Of a stretch of DNA of 64,000 nucleotides, positions 1 through 15,229 are shown in pieces. A program made the position numbers and the translations under genes. The DNA lies in assembly GCF_045037415.1 (NCBI RefSeq), contig NZ_CP173438.1. One strand, 5' to 3'. The notes under the pieces were generated by a model that was not told the origin of the DNA, did no database searches, and was given only the letters and a program-made list of their open reading frames with translations. The stretch is from Escherichia coli. GTDB lineage: Bacteria > Pseudomonadota > Gammaproteobacteria > Enterobacterales > Enterobacteriaceae. Numbering within the stretch: position 1 is the first letter of the stretch; each line of letters begins with the position of its first letter.

Positions 1-1069
1 CGCCCGCCTGCTGACAGACAACGCCAATCTCTTCCAGACCATCGACCAGATACTGCACCTGCGCGATACGATAAGCCAGCCAGTCCAGATTCATGCCGTC
101 ATACAGACCTACCGCCAGACGCTCCATAGCGCCGCCTTCCAGGCCGCCATATGTCGGGAAGCCTTCCTGCACCACGCAAAGGGTTCTGCATTCGGTATAC
201 ACATCAAAGAAGCTGTTGTCTTTCATGCACAGCAGGCCGCCCATCGGCACCATCGCATCTTTCTTGGCGGACATCGCCAGCATATCGGCATATTTGTAGG
301 TTTCGCGGGTGATCTGCTCGATGGTCCAGTCTTTGTATTCTGCTTCACGCTGCTTGATGAAATAGGCGTTTTCGGCAAAGCGTGCGGAGTCCATGACCAC
401 CGGAATATCGTATTTCTTCGCGATGCTGTACATCGCTTTTAAGTTTGCCAGTGAAACCGGCTGACCACCTGCGGAGTTACTGGTGATGGTTGCAACAATA
501 TACGGCACGTTATTCGGGCCAACTTCTTCAATACCGCGTTCTAATCCCTCAAGGTCAAAGTTGCCTTTAAAGTCGTAACGCACGCCAGTATCGAAGGCTT
601 CTTTGATATAGACGTTACGCACGGTACAGCCGTTAATCTGGCTATGGCCCTGCGTGGTATCAAAGAAATAGTTAGAGAACGCCACCATTTTGCTGCGATC
701 CAGGCCTTTTTCCTGCTCGCGTTTTTTAATCAGTACCGGAATATAGATTTGCTCTGCACCACGGCCCTGGTGAGTCGGAATAGTGTATTGATAACCAAAG
801 ATATTTTTCACTGACTCGGCTAACGCGTAGTAGCTGCGGCTGCCGCTGTAGGCTTCGTCGCCACGCATCATCGCGGCCTGCATACTCTGCGTCACCGCCC
901 CGGTGCCGCTGTCGGTCAGTAAATCGATAAACACATCTTCGCTATCCAGCAGGAACGGGTTCATACCGGATTTAATAATTGCCTCTTCACGATAAGCGCG
1001 AGTGGTACGTTTTACTGGCTCAATAACACGAATGCGGAACGGTTCAGGGAGATGTTTAAAGTTTTCCAT
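1..1069 (-). CDS. tnaA: tryptophanase, N-terminal part (3' end lies beyond window start)
   Basis: Reverse-strand translation from the ATG (complement of cat at 1067-1069) gives [17 protein letters not shown]..., recognised as TnaA; sits downstream of tnaC as in K-12. Confidence 0.93.
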   Translation of the reverse strand, partial: MENFKHLPEPFRIRVIEPVKRTTRAYREEAIIKSGMNPFLLDSEDVFIDLLTDSGTGAVTQSMQAAMMRGDEAYSGSRSYYALAESVKNIFGYQYTIPTHQGRGAEQIYIPVLIKKREQEKGLDRSKMVAFSNYFFDTTQGHSQINGCTVRNVYIKEAFDTGVRYDFKGNFDLEGLERGIEEVGPNNVPYIVATITSNSAGGQPVSLANLKAMYSIAKKYDIPVVMDSARFAENAYFIKQREAEYKDWTIEQITRETYKYADMLAMSAKKDAMVPMGGLLCMKDNSFFDVYTECRTLCVVQEGFPTYGGLEGGAMERLAVGLYDGMNLDWLAYRIAQVQYLVDGLEEIGVVCQQAG

Positions 1070-1289
1070 TACATAATCCTTCATTTATTTTAATTACAGT
1101 GATCCCTGTGAATATTACATTTGCAATATCCATTAATTCGCCAGATATATATGCAAGCACCATCATTTACTAAAACAAGTAAATAAACGAGAGATGGCCT
1201 TTGTAAAAGGCAAAATTAAGATATAGCAAACTAATCGATCACATTGAATCTAATCGGTTTGGCTCTGGTGATGGCTACAGAAGGGCAAA

Positions 1290-1364
1290 TCAAGGGCGGT
1301 GATCGACAATCTTGTTGTCAATATTAAACCATTTTGAGGTCACACATATATGTAAGATATTCAT
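1290..1364 (-). CDS. tnaC: tna operon leader peptide (24 aa)
   Basis: 75-nt minus-strand ORF encoding MNILHICVTSKWFNIDNKIVDHRP, read directly from the sequence; located between the tna promoter and tnaA. Confidence 0.9.
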   Translation of the reverse strand: MNILHICVTSKWFNIDNKIVDHRP

Positions 1365-1439
1365 AATGCACTTATCCTCGAAAGACACGAGGCTACAGTA
1401 TAATACTCAAGAAATTTGTCTATTCTGAAATTGTTTAAA

Positions 1440-1455
1440 TGTGAATCGAATCACA
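1440..1455. promoter_or_regulatory. CRP-binding site of the tna promoter
   Basis: Palindrome TGTGA-ATCGAA-TCACA upstream of tnaC on the transcribed strand; the tna operon is catabolite-controlled. Confidence 0.6.
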
Positions 1456-1605
1456 ATCGTTCGGGACGCAATATTAAATATCTATTTTAAAGATTATAAA
1501 TTACGTAAGAATTTTAATGTTTAAAAAAGGGTTGAGGAATAACAGGAGTGCTAACAATGAAGCGAAGCCGCATCTGACAGTCAGAATGCGGCTTCGCAAG
1601 CGCGG

Positions 1606-2970
1606 TTACTTACCGATACAGAAGCTGGAGAAAATCCGCCCCAGTAGGTCGTCTGAAGTAAACTCCCCGGTGATCTCGCTTAAGTTCTGCTGCGCCAGGC
1701 GCAACTCTTCCGCCAGCAGTTCACCCGCCCAGGCACCTAACAGTTGCGCTTTACCTTGCTGCAAATGCTCTGCCGCCTGTTCCAGCGCCTGTAGGTGACG
1801 ACGACGCGCCAGGAAGCCGCCTTCCATATTAGTGTCAAAGCCCATGCTCTGTTTGAGATGGTTACGCAGCACATCCACGCCTTCGCCAGTCCGCGCCGAA
1901 AGACGAATTAACGCGTGACCGTTCACTTCGCTCATCCCCAACGTTTCGCCGGTGATATCGGCTTTATTGCGCACCACGGTGATCGGCAGTTTCGCTGGCA
2001 GACGGGCGATAAATTCCGGCCAGATCTCTGCCGGATCAACGGCGTCTGTCGTGGTGCCATCGACCATAAACAGCACGCGGTCTGCCTGTTCAATTTCCTG
2101 CCATGCGCGCTCGATACCAATACGTTCAACTTCGTCACTGGCTTCACGTAGCCCGGCGGTATCGATGATATGCAACGGCATTCCGTCAATGTGGATATGC
2201 TCACGCAGCACGTCACGCGTGGTTCCGGCGATATCGGTTACGATTGCTGCTTCACGGCCCGCCAGCGCGTTCAGCAGGCTCGATTTACCGGCGTTAGGAC
2301 GTCCGGCAATCACCACTTTCATCCCTTCGCGCAACAAACTACCCTGACGAGCTTCGGCGCGTACCGCGTCGAGATCGGCAATTACGTCATTGAGCTGGGC
2401 TTCAATTTTGCCGTCGGAGAGGAAATCGATCTCTTCATCCGGGAAATCAATTGCCGCTTCGACGTAAATGCGCAAGTGGGTGAGGGCTTCCACCAGATGG
2501 TTGACCCGTGCGGAGAACGCGCCTTGCAGCGAGTTTAGCGCCGAACGGGCCGCCTGTTCCGAGCTGGCGTCGATAAGATCCGCAATCGCCTCGGCCTGGG
2601 CTAAGTCGAGTTTATCGTTCAGAAATGCGCGTTCGGAAAACTCACCAGGGCGGGCAATCCGCAGGCCGGGAATGGTCAGAATGCGTTTTAACAGCAGGTC
2701 GAGGATCACCGGACCGCCATGACCTTGCAGTTCCAGCACATCTTCGCCGGTGAACGAGTTCGGGCCAGGGAACCATAGCGCAATCCCCTGATCGAGCACG
2801 CTGCCATCGGCGTCTTTAAACGGAAGATAATCGGCGTAGCGTGGCTTAGGCAGTTTACCCAGCACGGTTTCGGCAACTTCACGGGCTTTGAGGCCGGAGA
2901 TGCGCAGGATGCCAACGCCGCCACGTCCCGGAGGCGTGGCCTGGGCTACGATAGTGTCATTATCGCTCAT
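1606..2970 (-). CDS. mnmE: tRNA modification GTPase MnmE (TrmE)
   Basis: 454-aa ORF recognised as MnmE; conserved position beside yidC. Confidence 0.95.
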
Positions 2971-3075
2971 GATGTTCCTGTTGCTTTGTGTGGCGGATGT
3001 GTGGTGCTTATCCGCCCTACGAAAAGAAAAAAGGCGGTCAACTGACCGCCCTTATTTTAGCGAAAACTCACCGAA

Positions 3076-4722
3076 TCAGGATTTTTTCTTCTCGCGGCTA
3101 TGCAAGCCACGTTTTTCCAGACCACGGTAAATCAGCTGCTGCTGAATAATGGTTACCAGGTTGCTGACGATATAGTACAGCACCAGACCTGACGGGAACC
3201 ACAGGAAGAACACAGTGAAGATGACCGGCATAAAGGTCATGATCTTCTGCTGCATCGGGTCGGTCACAGTGGTCGGCGACATCTTCTGAATGAAGAACAT
3301 CGTTACGCCCATCAGGATCGGCAGGATGTAGTACGGGTCCTGTGCAGACAGGTCGTGGATCCACAGTGCAAACGGTGCCTGACGTAGTTCAACGGAACCC
3401 ATCAGCATGTAGTACAACGCCAGGAAGATTGGCATCTGGATCAGCAGCGGGAAGCAGCCGCCCAGCGGGTTAACCTTCTCAGCTTTGTACAGCGCCATCA
3501 TTTCCTGGCTTATGCGCTGTTTGTCATCGCCCAGACGCTCACGCATTGCCTGAATCTTCGGCTGCAGCATACGCATCTTCGCCATGGAGGTGTACTGCGC
3601 TTTGGTCAGCGGGTACATGATGCCACGAACGATAAAGGTGATGATGATAATGGAGAAGCCCCAGTTACCCACAAAGCTATGGATCCATTTCAGCAGTTTG
3701 AACAGTGGCTGAGAGATGAACCACAACCAACCGTAATCAACGGTCAGATCCAGGTGCGGAGCAACAGCTGCCATTTTGTCCTGAATTTCCGGGCCAACCC
3801 ACAGGGTGCTGTTCATCGCGCCAGTCTGACCAGGCTGAACCAGTACCGGCTGAGATTTATAGCCGATAGCGGCGATGCCGTTACCCAGATTAGCGGTGTA
3901 GAAGTTGTTGGTACCGTCGTTATGCGGGATCCACGCCGTCGCGAAATACTGTTGCAGCATTGCCACCCAACCACCTTTCGAAGAGATGTTCAGGTTTTCG
4001 TTATCGGCAATGGTATCGAATTTGTATTTCTCGTACTTCTCGTCAGGCGTGGAGTACGCCGCACCACGGAAGGTGTGCAGTGCGAAGTTGCTGCTTCCGG
4101 TATCGAGATGCGGTGGCAGAGTGATGGATTGCTTCAACTGACCAAAGGTGGAGATTTCCAGCGGTTTCTCGCCAGCGTTCTGCACGTTGTAGTTGACGTT
4201 GACAGCGTAATCACCACGTTTCAGGACAAACGTTTTGGTAAACGTGTTGCCTGCCGCGTCGGTATACGTCATCGGCACCTGCAGTTCGTTTTGACCTTCA
4301 GCCAGCACATAAGCGTCTTTTTCAACGTTATATAGCGGACGCGGGCCGTTAGCCGGGTTATCCGGGCCATCACGACCGGTCAGACCGCTCTGTGCCTGAT
4401 AAATAAACTGCGGTGAAGTTTCCAGCAGCTGGAACGGCTGGGTAGAGTTCAGCTCTTTCGGGTAAGCCGGCAGCAGGGCCTGCTCAACATCACCACCACG
4501 GGTGTTGATGGTCAGATCAAGCACGTCGGTCTTAACCGAGATCAGTTTCCCCTGGCCACTGGCCGGTACGCCCTGGTCGGCGGCGCTACCCGCTGCGGTG
4601 GTCGTTGTCTGCGTGGTCTGTTGGGCCTGAGGTTGCGGGTTTTTATCCTGCTCCCAGGCTTGCCAGATCATGAAAGACACGAACAGCAAAGCGATGACTA
4701 AAAGATTGCGTTGCGAATCCAT
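3076..4722 (-). CDS. yidC: membrane protein insertase YidC
   Basis: 548-aa ORF starting [23 protein letters not shown], recognised as YidC. Confidence 0.96.
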
Positions 4723-4724
4723 CG

Positions 4725-4982
4725 TTAGTGTTCTCTGGTATCAAATGGTCCGGGCGGGACGGGATCGTCACCACCAGGGTGTAAAGGGTGGCATTTTAAT
4801 ACGCGTTTCACCGTCAACCAACTGCCTTTTATCACTCCAAACCTGCGCAATGCCTCAATTCCGTAGCTTGAACAGGTTGGAGTGAAACGACAATGCGGCC
4901 CGAGTAGCGGACTAATCAGGCGTTGATAGACCCGAATGAGGGCTATCAGGACCCGCGAGCCAGGCGACAGTGGCGGCGCCAT
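4725..4982 (-). CDS. yidD: membrane protein insertion efficiency factor YidD
   Basis: 85-aa ORF immediately downstream of rnpA and upstream of yidC; conserved synteny. Confidence 0.88.
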
Positions 4983-5305
4983 AATTTTTCCAACGCTTCC
5001 GAGAGAGCACGGTTATCGAGGTCGGCAACCCCTTTTTTCGCCACCACCACGAAATCCATAGCCGGGAGTTCATGTTGGCGCAGACGGAAGCTTTCACGCG
5101 TCAGACGTTTAATCCGATTGCGTTCATGGGCGCGTCGAACGTTTTTCTTGGCGACTGTAAGACCGATACGGGGATGCCCCAGCGAATTCAGGCGGCCGAG
5201 AATAGTAATTTGCGGCGTGCCAGCCCGTTGTGGCTGCTGGAAGACGAATGTGAATTGACTGGGAGTTAACAAGCGTAACTCCCTGGGAAATGCGAGCTTA
5301 ACCAC
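4946..5305 (-). CDS. rnpA: RNase P protein component
   Basis: 119-aa basic ORF between rpmH and yidD; classical rpmH-rnpA-yidD-yidC arrangement. Confidence 0.9.
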
Positions 5306-5321
5306 TCAGGGGTTAGCTTTA

Positions 5322-5474
<153 letters not shown>

Positions 5475-5818
5475 CTAAACTTGAATAAATTCAATGGCTT
5501 TATTGGATATCCGCCGAAAAATGAAACGATGGACACCGAAGCCATGGGTGATTAAAGAGGCCGGATTGTAATAATTGTACACTCCGGAGTCAATTCTCTT
5601 TCCTTATTTACCGCGCTTTTCCGCACCTTTTCGCGGGGAAAACGTACGGCCTCACACCAGTGAAAACCAGCATGGCGCGCCGGGTGGAGGATTATACGGG
5701 CTGACGGGTAAAGCGCAAGGATCGTCCTGGATCTTTATTAGATCGATTAAGCCATTTTTTGTCTATGGTCATTAAATTTTCCAATATGCGGCGTAAATCG
5801 TGCCCGGCCTGCGGCAGG

Positions 5819-5945
5819 ATCGTTTACACTTAGCGAGTTCTGGATCATCCTGTGGATAAATCGGGAAAATCTGTGAGAAACAGAAGATCTCTTGCGCAGT
5901 TTAGGCTATGATCCGCGGTCCCGATCGTTTTGCAGGATCTTGATC
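5819..5945. promoter_or_regulatory. dnaA promoter region: GATC cluster and DnaA box
   Basis: At least seven GATC sites in about 130 bp, and TGTGGATAA (complement of the TTATCCACA DnaA box) at 5851-5859, between divergent rpmH and dnaA. Confidence 0.6.
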
Positions 5946-6068
5946 GGGCATATAACCGCAGACAGCGGTTCGTGCGTCACCCTCATGCAGGGTCTTTTCG
6001 ACGTACGTCAACAATCATGAATGTTTCAGCCTTAGTCATTATCGACTTTTGTTCGAGTGGAGTCCGCC

Positions 6069-7472
6069 GTGTCACTTTCGCTTTGGCAGCAGTGTCTTGC
6101 CCGATTGCAGGATGAGTTACCAGCCACAGAATTCAGTATGTGGATACGCCCATTGCAGGCGGAACTGAGCGATAACACGCTGGCCCTGTACGCGCCAAAC
6201 CGTTTTGTCCTCGATTGGGTACGGGACAAGTACCTTAATAATATCAATGGACTGCTAACCAGTTTCTGCGGAGCGGATGCCCCACAGCTGCGTTTTGAAG
6301 TCGGCACCAAACCGGTGACGCAAACGCCACAAGCGGCAGTGACGAGCAACGTCGCGGCCCCTGCACAGGTGGCGCAAACGCAGCCGCAACGTGCTGCGCC
6401 TTCTACGCGCTCGGGTTGGGATAACGTCCCGGCTCCGGCAGAACCGACCTATCGTTCTAACGTAAACGTCAAACACACGTTTGATAACTTCGTTGAAGGT
6501 AAATCTAACCAACTGGCGCGCGCGGCGGCTCGCCAGGTGGCAGATAACCCTGGCGGTGCTTATAACCCGTTGTTCCTTTATGGCGGCACGGGTTTGGGTA
6601 AAACTCACCTGCTGCATGCGGTGGGTAACGGCATTATGGCGCGCAAGCCGAATGCCAAAGTGGTTTATATGCACTCCGAGCGCTTTGTTCAGGACATGGT
6701 TAAAGCCCTGCAAAACAACGCGATCGAAGAGTTTAAACGCTACTACCGTTCCGTAGATGCACTGCTGATCGACGATATTCAGTTTTTTGCTAATAAAGAA
6801 CGATCTCAGGAAGAGTTTTTCCACACCTTCAACGCCCTGCTGGAAGGTAATCAACAGATCATTCTCACCTCCGATCGCTATCCGAAAGAGATCAACGGCG
6901 TTGAGGATCGTTTGAAATCCCGCTTCGGCTGGGGACTGACTGTGGCGATCGAACCGCCAGAGCTGGAAACCCGCGTGGCGATCCTGATGAAAAAGGCCGA
7001 CGAAAACGACATTCGTTTGCCGGGCGAAGTGGCGTTCTTTATCGCCAAGCGTCTACGATCTAACGTACGTGAGTTGGAAGGCGCGCTGAACCGCGTCATT
7101 GCCAACGCCAACTTTACCGGACGGGCGATCACCATCGACTTCGTGCGTGAGGCGCTGCGCGACTTGCTGGCATTGCAGGAAAAACTGGTCACCATCGACA
7201 ATATTCAGAAGACGGTGGCGGAGTACTACAAGATCAAAGTCGCGGATCTCCTTTCCAAGCGTCGATCCCGCTCGGTGGCCCGTCCGCGCCAGATGGCGAT
7301 GGCGCTGGCGAAAGAGCTGACTAACCACAGTCTGCCGGAGATTGGCGATGCCTTTGGTGGTCGTGACCACACGACGGTGCTTCATGCCTGCCGGAAGATC
7401 GAGCAGTTGCGTGAAGAGAGCCACGATATCAAAGAAGATTTTTCTAATTTAATCAGAACATTGTCATCGTAA
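6069..7472 (+). CDS. dnaA: chromosomal replication initiator DnaA
   Basis: ORF track protein recognised as DnaA; start set at GTG 6069 ([14 protein letters not shown]...) rather than the upstream track start. Confidence 0.97.
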
Positions 7473-7476
7473 ACCT

Positions 7477-8576
7477 ATGAAATTTACCGTAGAACGTGAG
7501 CATTTATTAAAACCGCTACAACAGGTGAGCGGTCCGTTAGGTGGTCGTCCTACGCTACCGATTCTCGGTAATCTGCTGTTACAGGTTGCTGACGGTACGT
7601 TGTCGCTGACCGGTACTGATCTCGAGATGGAAATGGTGGCACGCGTTGCGCTGGTTCAGCCGCACGAACCAGGGGCGACGACCGTTCCGGCGCGCAAATT
7701 CTTTGATATCTGCCGTGGTCTGCCTGAAGGCGCGGAAATTGCCGTGCAGCTGGAAGGTGAGCGGATGCTGGTGCGCTCCGGGCGTAGCCGTTTTTCGCTG
7801 TCTACCCTGCCAGCGGCAGATTTCCCGAACCTCGATGACTGGCAGAGCGAAGTCGAATTTACCCTGCCGCAGGCGACGATGAAGCGTCTGATTGAAGCGA
7901 CCCAGTTTTCTATGGCACATCAGGACGTTCGCTATTACTTAAACGGTATGCTGTTTGAAACCGAAGGTGAAGAACTGCGCACCGTGGCGACCGACGGCCA
8001 CCGTCTGGCAGTCTGTTCAATGCCAATTGGTCAATCTTTGCCAAGCCATTCGGTGATCGTGCCGCGTAAAGGCGTAATTGAACTGATGCGTATGCTCGAC
8101 GGCGGCGACAATCCGCTGCGCGTGCAGATTGGCAGCAACAACATTCGCGCCCACGTTGGCGACTTTATCTTCACCTCGAAACTGGTGGATGGTCGCTTCC
8201 CGGATTACCGTCGCGTTCTGCCGAAGAACCCGGACAAGCATCTGGAAGCTGGCTGTGATCTGCTCAAGCAGGCGTTTGCCCGTGCGGCAATTCTCTCTAA
8301 CGAGAAATTCCGCGGCGTGCGTCTGTATGTCAGCGAAAACCAGCTGAAAATCACCGCCAACAACCCAGAACAGGAAGAAGCGGAAGAGATCCTCGACGTT
8401 ACCTATAGCGGTGCGGAGATGGAAATCGGCTTCAACGTCAGCTATGTGCTGGATGTTCTGAACGCACTGAAATGCGAAAACGTCCGCATGATGCTGACCG
8501 ATTCGGTTTCCAGCGTGCAGATTGAAGATGCGGCCAGCCAGAGCGCGGCTTATGTTGTCATGCCAATGAGACTGTA

Positions 8577-8577
<1 letters not shown>
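7477..8577 (+). CDS. dnaN: DNA polymerase III beta sliding clamp
   Basis: 366-aa [24 protein letters not shown]...; dnaA-dnaN-recF-gyrB synteny. Confidence 0.97.
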
Positions 8578-12093
<3,516 letters not shown>

Positions 12094-12133
12094 TGGCTTT
12101 TTGTTGCTGATAAAATGACTTAGTCGTCAGTCC

Positions 12134-12159
12134 GGGCGGAGATCATCTCCGCCCTTTTT
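12134..12159 (+). terminator. Rho-independent terminator downstream of gyrB
   Basis: GC-rich hairpin GGGCGGAGAT-C-ATCTCCGCCC followed by a T run. Confidence 0.65.
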
Positions 12160-12236
12160 ATTCCTGCAATCCGCAATTATCATCCCGCAGATCTATACTT
12201 TTTGGGTCAACACGTAACGCTTTACAGGTGATTATC

Positions 12237-12635
12237 ATGGGGCTTTTTGATGAAGTTGTCGGTGCCTTTCTGAAAGGCGATGCGGGGAAATATCAGGCGA
12301 TTTTGAGCTGGGTTGAGGAGCAGGGCGGCATTCAGGTGCTGCTGGAAAAACTGCAAAGTGGCGGCTTAGGGGCCATTCTCTCAACCTGGCTGAGTAATCA
12401 ACAGAGCAATCAATCAGTTAGCGGCGAGCAAGTGGAATCGGCGCTCGGCACAAATGCGGTGTCCGATCTCGGGCAAAAACTTGGCGTGGATACCAGTACA
12501 GCTTCCAGTTTACTGGCAGAACAATTGCCGAAGATTATTGATGCACTCTCACCGCAAGGTGAAGTGTCACCACAAGCCAATAACGATCTGCTTTCCGCAG
12601 GTATGGAACTGCTGAAAGGGAAACTCTTCCGCTAA
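12237..12635 (+). CDS. yidB: conserved protein YidB (DUF937-like)
   Basis: ORF MGLFDEVVGAFLKGDAGKYQAILSWVEEQGG...; synteny after gyrB. Confidence 0.85.
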   Translation: MGLFDEVVGAFLKGDAGKYQAILSWVEEQGGIQVLLEKLQSGGLGAILSTWLSNQQSNQSVSGEQVESALGTNAVSDLGQKLGVDTSTASSLLAEQLPKIIDALSPQGEVSPQANNDLLSAGMELLKGKLFR

Positions 12636-12748
12636 GCAAATGGGGAGCACGCAATGCGCGTTGCATCCCCTTTTCCCTCGGGTGTTGTACTGATTTTTGA
12701 GCGGAATCGCGTTAGCATGGGTCAGGAACCAATCTACCTGGGGAACTC

Positions 12749-13561
12749 ATGGCTATCAAACTCATTGCTATCGATATGGATGGCACCCTTCTGCTGCCCG
12801 ATCACACCATTTCACCCGCCGTTAAAAATGCGATTGCCGCAGCTCGCGCCCGTGGCGTGAATGTCGTGCTAACGACGGGTCGCCCTTATGCAGGTGTTCA
12901 CAATTACCTGAAAGAGCTGCATATGGAACAGCCGGGCGACTACTGCATTACTTATAACGGCGCGCTGGTACAGAAGGCCGCTGATGGTAGCACCGTGGCG
13001 CAAACCGCTCTCAGCTATGACGACTACCGTTTCCTGGAAAAACTCTCTCGCGAAGTCGGTTCTCATTTCCACGCCCTGGACCGCACCACGCTGTACACCG
13101 CCAACCGAGATATCAGCTACTACACGGTGCATGAATCTTTCGTTGCCACCATTCCGCTGGTGTTCTGCGAAGCGGAGAAAATGGACCCCAATACCCAGTT
13201 CCTGAAAGTGATGATGATTGATGAACCCGCCATCCTCGACCAGGCCATTGCGCGTATTCCGCAGGAAGTGAAAGAAAAATACACCGTGCTGAAAAGTGCG
13301 CCGTACTTCCTCGAAATCCTCGATAAACGCGTTAACAAAGGTACGGGTGTGAAATCACTGGCCGACGTGTTAGGTATTAAACCGGAAGAAATCATGGCGA
13401 TTGGCGATCAGGAAAACGACATCGCAATGATTGAATATGCAGGCGTCGGTGTGGCGATGGATAACGCTATTCCTTCGGTGAAAGAAGTGGCGAACTTTGT
13501 CACCAAATCTAACCTTGAAGATGGCGTGGCATTTGCTATTGAGAAGTATGTGCTGAATTAA
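12749..13561 (+). CDS. yidA: HAD-family sugar phosphatase YidA
   Basis: 270-aa ORF with HAD motif IAIDMDGTLL near the N-terminus. Confidence 0.9.
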   Translation: MAIKLIAIDMDGTLLLPDHTISPAVKNAIAAARARGVNVVLTTGRPYAGVHNYLKELHMEQPGDYCITYNGALVQKAADGSTVAQTALSYDDYRFLEKLSREVGSHFHALDRTTLYTANRDISYYTVHESFVATIPLVFCEAEKMDPNTQFLKVMMIDEPAILDQAIARIPQEVKEKYTVLKSAPYFLEILDKRVNKGTGVKSLADVLGIKPEEIMAIGDQENDIAMIEYAGVGVAMDNAIPSVKEVANFVTKSNLEDGVAFAIEKYVLN

Positions 13562-13604
13562 TCAGTGAACGGGCAAACGGCATGAATGCGTTTGCCCGCA
13601 GCGA

Positions 13605-14261
13605 TTAACAATTTCTGGTCGTGCATAAAATCAGGAACTGGAGTGGTGACGTTACTATATCCAGCGTAAGAGTGACTGGCAGCAGCGCATTAACGAGGCC
13701 GCGCGGGACGCCATCTGTTGCTTTGTACTCATAAAATCCCACCGTAAAGGGTTGATGGAAAACCATCACGTTTGAGTAATCCGCTTTTTTATTTTTCTGG
13801 TGGATTGAGCCTTTCAAACCGTCCAGCATCCATGTACAACGCCGGGTATCACAAATAAAACCATATTGTGTTGCCAGTGCCTTATCTTCTTCGTTGTTCC
13901 AGTCGTAATAGAGCGTAATAGCACCAGAGAAATTCTTATTACTGCTGCTTAAAATAAATTTCGCGTTATCAGAAACGGTGATTCTTTCACCATGGATTGC
14001 CGGATCGTTCAGCATGTTAACCACCTCATCGCCGCCGGTGGTCAATAGATAGTCCAACGATTCACCAACAAAAACATAACCTTTCGTACCGTTACTGTCT
14101 TCAGCCAGCGATAAACCCTTAATCGTGTCTGACCGCCATTGCTCGGCATGTGGACGGCTTGCAGTATTGGAAACCAATCCCCAGGTGATACATCCGGTCA
14201 ACGCAAATGCCAAAGAACACAAACCGGCAGCCTTAAAAAATCCTTTAAAATTCAATTTCAT
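13605..14261 (-). CDS. yidX: putative lipoprotein YidX
   Basis: ORF with lipobox LTGC after a signal peptide; start trimmed to MKLNFKG. Confidence 0.8.
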   Translation of the reverse strand: MKLNFKGFFKAAGLCSLAFALTGCITWGLVSNTASRPHAEQWRSDTIKGLSLAEDSNGTKGYVFVGESLDYLLTTGGDEVVNMLNDPAIHGERITVSDNAKFILSSSNKNFSGAITLYYDWNNEEDKALATQYGFICDTRRCTWMLDGLKGSIHQKNKKADYSNVMVFHQPFTVGFYEYKATDGVPRGLVNALLPVTLTLDIVTSPLQFLILCTTRNC

Positions 14262-14399
14262 GATTAATCCTTTAAACAAGAGTGCTAAGCCGTTGAAAGC
14301 ATACTCTTCTTTCCCTCCTGTTTAGCGCCTGATCTCCCTTTTCAGATTTTTGCCCGACGTAGAACATTTTCTTATGGATTGTTCTTTTTGTGATCTAAA

Positions 14400-14476
14400 T
14401 TGTAGTACAACAATATAAATTTGTACTACATTATGCGCACAGCAAACGCGAACGTCATCACGCTGGTACTACAAAA
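14400..14476. promoter_or_regulatory. dgo promoter/operator region with three GTACTACA-type repeats
   Basis: TTGTAGTACAA, TTGTACTACA and GGTACTACAAA upstream of dgoR; GntR-family operators are typically such palindromes. Confidence 0.5.
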
Positions 14477-14539
14477 TTGCCGCGTTATGCATCGATCGGG
14501 GTAAAGTAGAGAGGAACATACAGAGCACAAGGACTCTCC

Positions 14540-15229
14540 ATGACTCTCAATAAAACCGATCGCATCGTTATTACGCTGGGTAAACAGATCGTTCACGGCA
14601 AATACGTGCCAGGCTCGCCGCTTCCGGCTGAGGCAGAACTCTGTGAGGAGTTTGCAACCTCGCGCAACATCATCCGTGAGGTATTTCGTTCGCTGATGGC
14701 GAAGCGGCTGATTGAAATGAAACGTTATCGCGGGGCGTTTGTGGCTCCGCGTAACCAGTGGAATTACCTCGACACTGACGTACTGCAATGGGTGCTGGAA
14801 AACGACTATGACCCACGGCTTATCAGTGCAATGAGCGAAGTGCGAAACCTGGTAGAGCCGGCTATTGCCCGTTGGGCAGCAGAGCGCGCGACCTCCAGCG
14901 ATCTGGCGCAGATTGAATCGGCGCTGAACGAGATGATTGCTAACAATCAGGACCGCGAAGCGTTTAACGAAGCGGATATTCGCTACCACGAGGCGGTGCT
15001 GCAGTCGGTGCATAACCCGGTGTTACAACAACTGAGCATTGCGATCAGTTCGCTGCAGCGGGCGGTTTTTGAACGAACCTGGATGGGCGATGAGGCCAAC
15101 ATGCCGCAAACGCTCCAGGAACATAAGGCGCTGTTCGATGCGATAAGGCATCAGGACGGCGATGCGGCAGAGCAGGCGGCGCTTACCATGATCGCCAGCT
15201 CGACACGAAGGTTAAAGGAAATCACATGA
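14540..15229 (+). CDS. dgoR: GntR/FadR-family repressor of the D-galactonate operon
   Basis: 229-aa ORF MTLNKTDRIVITLGKQIVHGKYVPGSPLPAE... recognised as DgoR. Confidence 0.9.
   Translation: MTLNKTDRIVITLGKQIVHGKYVPGSPLPAEAELCEEFATSRNIIREVFRSLMAKRLIEMKRYRGAFVAPRNQWNYLDTDVLQWVLENDYDPRLISAMSEVRNLVEPAIARWAAERATSSDLAQIESALNEMIANNQDREAFNEADIRYHEAVLQSVHNPVLQQLSIAISSLQRAVFERTWMGDEANMPQTLQEHKALFDAIRHQDGDAAEQAALTMIASSTRRLKEIT

Noticed and set aside
1559-1590. Strong inverted repeat GAAGCCGCAT...ATGCGGCTTC just downstream of mnmE, considered as a terminator
   Set aside because: No adjacent U tract on either strand; it may be part of the tna promoter upstream region or a REP-like element, so it was not called as a canonical terminator.
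6255-6854. Long antisense ORFs inside core genes, e.g. 199 aa opposite dnaA, 300 aa at 9619-10521 opposite gyrB, 247 aa at 33572-34315 opposite ilvB, 150 aa at 36535-36987 opposite uhpB
   Set aside because: They fully overlap highly conserved, recognisable genes on the other strand and have Arg/Ala/Ser-rich low-complexity translations typical of GC-rich antisense frames.
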